Positions 15,691 to 20,000 of a stretch of DNA of 20,000 nt are shown here, piece after piece. A model generated the notes under the pieces. The model did not search any database and was not told the DNA's origin. It worked only from the letters and a program-made list of their open reading frames with translations. The stretch comes from an uncultured virus (IMG/VR IMGVR_UViG_3300010885_087985) (taxonomy: Duplodnaviria; Heunggongvirae; Uroviricota; Caudoviricetes), in IMG/VR virus record IMGVR_UViG_3300010885_087985; one strand, 5' to 3'. The first letter of the stretch is position 1. Each line of letters begins with the position of its first letter. The position numbers and the translations under genes were made by a program.

Positions 15691-18600
15691 TTGTCTGAAG
15701 AACTGTTCGTTAAATTAGATGTGGGAACTCAAGGAGTTCAAGGAATTCAAGGAATTCAAGGAATTCAAGGAATTCAAGGAATTCAAGGAATTCAAGGAAC
15801 GCAAGGAACGCAAGGAACGCAAGGAACGCAAGGACCCACAGGTGCTCAAGGAACTCAAGGAACTCAAGGAATTGGGTCACAAGGTATTATTGGACTTCAA
15901 GGCATCCAAGGCATTACTGGGTCGCAAGGCATCCAAGGAGTCGCTGGATCACAAGGAGTCTCTGGTTCCCAAGGAATCGCTGGTTCACAAGGCATACAAG
16001 GTCGGCAAGGAATTAATGGATCACAAGGAGTAACTGGTTCACAAGGAGTCACTGGTTCACAAGGAACTCAAGGAACTCAAGGTGCCACAGGAAACCAAGG
16101 AACTCAAGGCACTCAAGGTATTTCTGGATCGCAAGGTACTCAAGGAGCTACTGGTTCACAAGGAGTTACTGGGTCGCAAGGAATCCAAGGAGTCGCTGGC
16201 TCGCAAGGCATACAAGGTCGGCAAGGAATTAATGGATCACAAGGAGTCTCTGGTTCACAAGGAATTATTGGATCCCAAGGCATTCAAGGAACACAAGGAA
16301 CGCAAGGGGGAACAGGAGCACAAGGTACACAAGGAACGCAAGGACTACAAGGCGTTACTGGATCTCAAGGCACTCAAGGAGTACAGGGCATCACTGGCAT
16401 CACTGGATCACAAGGAGTTGTTGGATCGCAAGGAGTCGCTGGATCTCAAGGCGTACAAGGAGTCGCTGGGGCACAAGGCACACAAGGTCAACAGGGAGTT
16501 ACTGGATCACAAGGCACTCAAGGTACACAAGGTGTACAAGGTATTACTGGATCACAAGGGGTACAAGGAATTACTGGTTCGCAAGGAGTTATTGGGATAC
16601 AAGGAACTCAAGGAACGCAAGGGGGAACAGGAACTCAAGGAACTCAAGGAACTCAAGGATTACAAGGCGTTACTGGATCACAAGGCATTACTGGTTCACA
16701 AGGTGTTCAGGGGATTCAAGGGGTTACTGGCTCACAAGGAGTCGCTGGATCGCAAGGTATACAAGGAATTACTGGATCACAAGGTACTCAGGGCATACAA
16801 GGCACTCAAGGTATACAAGGAATTACTGGATCACAAGGAGTCGCTGGTTCGCAAGGTATACAAGGAATCACTGGATCTCAAGGTACACAAGGACAACAAG
16901 GTATCCAAGGAATCACCGGATCTCAAGGTACACAAGGAGTACAGGGCATCCAAGGAATCACTGGATCTCAGGGTACACAAGGAGTACAGGGCATCACTGG
17001 GTCTCAAGGCACACAAGGATCTCAGGGCACTCAAGGTACACAAGGAGTACAGGGCATCCAAGGAATCACTGGATCTCAAGGCACTCAAGGCACACAAGGT
17101 GCTCAAGGTGCTCAAGGAGTACAGGGCATCACTGGATCTCAAGGCACACAAGGCACACAAGGCACTCAAGGAGTACAGGGCATCACTGGATCTCAAGGCA
17201 CACAAGGTACACAAGGAGTACAGGGCATCACTGGATCTCAAGGTACACAAGGCACTCAAGGATTACAGGGCATCACTGGATCTCAGGGCACTCAAGGTAC
17301 ACAAGGAGTACAAGGTATCACTGGATCTCAAGGTACCCAAGGTACTCAAGGAGTACAGGGCATCACTGGATCTCAAGGTACACAAGGTACTCAAGGAATT
17401 CAGGGCATCACTGGATATCAAGGCACTCAAGGGACACAAGGCTTACAAGGTACTCAAGGGATTCAAGGGATTCAAGGCATACAAGGCACTCAAGGACTAC
17501 AAGGCGTTCAGGGTAGACAAGGCATTCAAGGTGTTCAAGGCATTCAAGGACTACAAGGGATTCAAGGCGTACAAGGTATAAGACCTGATTTTTCTATTGA
17601 GTTGACTGGATCATATAATCTTTCAACTAATCTAATAGGATTGCAACTTTTCAACACTACTCCGCGTTCTGAACTTTCAGTAGGTTTTGTTATAGGCTCT
17701 AGAGTACGAGCGGCAAAGTCTAACTCTCCTGGTAACACAGCACTTGGTGGTTATGCAACTCACTATGTGGAAGGATTGCTGTATCTCGCCACTAATTGGC
17801 CCAACGGTAACGTCTATATTAATGTTGATACACAATTTGGATCCGGCGCAGTAAGTTCATGGGTTTTATCGGTTGCAGGTATTCAAGGTACTCAAGGTGC
17901 TCAAGGTATTCAGGGTATTCAAGGTATTCAAGGTATACAAGGAATTTCTGGGTTTTCTGGTAGAGGCATTCAAGGTATACAAGGCATTCAGGCAGCACAA
18001 GGTACTCAGGGTGTTCAAGGAACACAAGGAACACAAGGAACACAAGGAACACAAGGAACACAAGGTACTCAAGGTACTCAAGGAGTACAGGGCATCACTG
18101 GATCTCAAGGCACTCAAGGTACTCAAGGTACTCAAGGCACTCAAGGTACTCAAGGTACTCAAGGTACTCAAGGTACTCAAGGTACTCAAGGAGTACAGGG
18201 CACCACTGGATCTCAAGGCACACAAGGTACACAAGGACAACAGGGCATCACTGGATCTCAAGGTACACAAGGTACTCAAGGAGTACAGGGCATCACTGGA
18301 TCACAGGGCACTCAAGGAGTACAGGGAATCACTGGGTCTCAAGGCACACAGGGACAACAGGGCATTACTGGATCTCAAGGTACACAAGGAGTACAAGGCG
18401 CCACTGGATCACAGGGCACTCAAGGACAACAGGGCATACAAGGAAGTACTGGGTCACAAGGCACGCAAGGACAACAAGGTATACAAGGAATCACTGGATC
18501 TCAAGGCATACAAGGTACTGAAGGAACACAAGGAATTACTGGATCTCAAGGCACTCAAGGCACTCAAGGCACTCAAGGCACTCAAGGCACTCAAGGAGTA

Positions 18601-20000
18601 CAGGGAATCACTGGATCGCAAGGTACTCAAGGAGTACAAGGCATCACTGGATCACAGGGCACGCAAGGACAACAGGGCATCACTGGATCTCAAGGTACAC
18701 AGGGACAACAAGGTATCACTGGATCTCAAGGCACTCAAGGAGTACAGGGCATCACTGGATCTCAAGGCACTCAAGGAGTACAGGGCATCACTGGATCACA
18801 GGGTACACAGGGACAACAAGGTATCACTGGATCTCAAGGTACTCAAGGAGTACAGGGCATCACTGGATCTCAAGGGACACAAGGAGTACAGGGCATCACT
18901 GGATCTCAAGGTACACAAGGAGTACAAGGCATCACTGGATCTCAAGGTACACAAGGACAACAGGGAGTTACTGGGTCTCAAGGTACACAAGGACAACAGG
19001 GCATCACGGGATCTCAGGGCACACAAGGACAACAGGGAGTTACGGGATCTCAAGGTACACAAGGGCAACAGGGCACTCAAGGACAACAAGGCATACAAGG
19101 AAGCACTGGGTCACAAGGCACTCAAGGACAACAAGGCATCACTGGATCTCAAGGTACACAGGGACAACAGGGAATCACTGGATCTCAAGGTACACAAGGG
19201 CAACAGGGCATCACTGGATCACAGGGCACTCAAGGACAACAAGGCATACAAGGAAGCACTGGATCTCAAGGTACACAAGGACAACAAGGCATAACTGGAT
19301 CTCAAGGTACACAGGGACAACAGGGAATCACGGGATCTCAAGGCACACAAGGACAACAGGGAGTTACGGGATCTCAAGGTACACAAGGGCAACAGGGCAT
19401 CACTGGATCTCAGGGCACTCAAGGAGTACAAGGCATCACTGGATCACAGGGCACTCAAGGACAACAAGGAATACAAGGAGTGCAAGGGCTAGCCGCTGTT
19501 ATGTCCGTAACATCAACTAGTTCCAGATACCTTGGAATCGGACTATACGGCAGGATTTTTGCATACGCATCAACACCATCAATAGGGTTCGCAGTTGGAC
19601 AAAGACTACGGGCAGCAGTCACGGCTAGCCCAACAACAGAATACATGGAAGGAAACGTAACTTCAGTAAGTGACACCGAAGTAGCAATAACAACAGATCT
19701 TTCTGTTGGATCTGGTCTGTACAGTGCATGGACATTATCAGTTGCAGGAGTTCAAGGCACTCAAGGCATTCAAGGAGTTACTGGTTCGCAAGGTACTCAA
19801 GGTGTACAAGGAGTTACTGGTTCTCAAGGTACTCAAGGACAACAGGGAGTTAATGGGTCTCAAGGTACACAAGGAGTACAAGGCATCACTGGATCACAGG
19901 GCACTCAAGGACAACAAGGCATACAAGGAAGCACTGGGTCACAAGGCACTCAAGGACAACAAGGCATCACGGGATCACAAGGTACACAGGGACAACAGGG
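15691..20000 (+). CDS. Very large collagen-like fibre protein (>1430 aa, runs off window; not in ORF track)
   Basis: Frame 1 open from TTG 15691 (MSEELFVKLDV-GTQGVQGIQ...) to window end; Gly-X-Y blocks 15724-17580 (~206 triplets), 17878-19488 (~179) and 19747 onward, separated by non-repetitive domains that stay in frame. Confidence 0.93.
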   Translation, partial: MSEELFVKLDVGTQGVQGIQGIQGIQGIQGIQGIQGTQGTQGTQGTQGPTGAQGTQGTQGIGSQGIIGLQGIQGITGSQGIQGVAGSQGVSGSQGIAGSQGIQGRQGINGSQGVTGSQGVTGSQGTQGTQGATGNQGTQGTQGISGSQGTQGATGSQGVTGSQGIQGVAGSQGIQGRQGINGSQGVSGSQGIIGSQGIQGTQGTQGGTGAQGTQGTQGLQGVTGSQGTQGVQGITGITGSQGVVGSQGVAGSQGVQGVAGAQGTQGQQGVTGSQGTQGTQGVQGITGSQGVQGITGSQGVIGIQGTQGTQGGTGTQGTQGTQGLQGVTGSQGITGSQGVQGIQGVTGSQGVAGSQGIQGITGSQGTQGIQGTQGIQGITGSQGVAGSQGIQGITGSQGTQGQQGIQGITGSQGTQGVQGIQGITGSQGTQGVQGITGSQGTQGSQGTQGTQGVQGIQGITGSQGTQGTQGAQGAQGVQGITGSQGTQGTQGTQGVQGITGSQGTQGTQGVQGITGSQGTQGTQGLQGITGSQGTQGTQGVQGITGSQGTQGTQGVQGITGSQGTQGTQGIQGITGYQGTQGTQGLQGTQGIQGIQGIQGTQGLQGVQGRQGIQGVQGIQGLQGIQGVQGIRPDFSIELTGSYNLSTNLIGLQLFNTTPRSELSVGFVIGSRVRAAKSNSPGNTALGGYATHYVEGLLYLATNWPNGNVYINVDTQFGSGAVSSWVLSVAGIQGTQGAQGIQGIQGIQGIQGISGFSGRGIQGIQGIQAAQGTQGVQGTQGTQGTQGTQGTQGTQGTQGVQGITGSQGTQGTQGTQGTQGTQGTQGTQGTQGTQGVQGTTGSQGTQGTQGQQGITGSQGTQGTQGVQGITGSQGTQGVQGITGSQGTQGQQGITGSQGTQGVQGATGSQGTQGQQGIQGSTGSQGTQGQQGIQGITGSQGIQGTEGTQGITGSQGTQGTQGTQGTQGTQGVQGITGSQGTQGVQGITGSQGTQGQQGITGSQGTQGQQGITGSQGTQGVQGITGSQGTQGVQGITGSQGTQGQQGITGSQGTQGVQGITGSQGTQGVQGITGSQGTQGVQGITGSQGTQGQQGVTGSQGTQGQQGITGSQGTQGQQGVTGSQGTQGQQGTQGQQGIQGSTGSQGTQGQQGITGSQGTQGQQGITGSQGTQGQQGITGSQGTQGQQGIQGSTGSQGTQGQQGITGSQGTQGQQGITGSQGTQGQQGVTGSQGTQGQQGITGSQGTQGVQGITGSQGTQGQQGIQGVQGLAAVMSVTSTSSRYLGIGLYGRIFAYASTPSIGFAVGQRLRAAVTASPTTEYMEGNVTSVSDTEVAITTDLSVGSGLYSAWTLSVAGVQGTQGIQGVTGSQGTQGVQGVTGSQGTQGQQGVNGSQGTQGVQGITGSQGTQGQQGIQGSTGSQGTQGQQGITGSQGTQGQQ

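Noticed and set aside
15719..19294. Long Lys/Leu/Glu-rich ORFs (15719, 16082, 17873) and minus-strand Leu/Ser/Cys ORFs
   Set aside because: Shadow frames of the Gly-X-Gln repeat; only frame 1 stays open through the non-repetitive domains.

Overview
AT-rich, gene-dense window that looks like part of a large (jumbo-type) tailed phage genome; a Planctomycetota host is inferred from protein motifs. It contains a 5'-truncated SAM methyltransferase; a rearranged tRNA-Leu(UAA) locus in which an intron-containing tRNA-Leu gene is split by a ~0.8 kb insert carrying a second, intron-less tRNA-Leu(UAA), an HNH endonuclease and a decayed ORF, with an apparently intact 196-nt group I intron remaining; an AbrB-like protein; glycan enzymes (dTDP-glucose 4,6-dehydratase-like, DUF5672, glycosyltransferase-like, HAD phosphatase); host-type regulators CsrA and ClpX; a VOC-family enzyme; a 4 x 51 bp palindrome-containing tandem array directly upstream of a near-consensus sigma70 promoter; several hypothetical, secreted or membrane proteins; and, from 15691 past the window end, a very long proline-poor (Gly-X-Gln/Thr)n collagen-like fibre gene with two homologous globular domains, which the ORF track missed.
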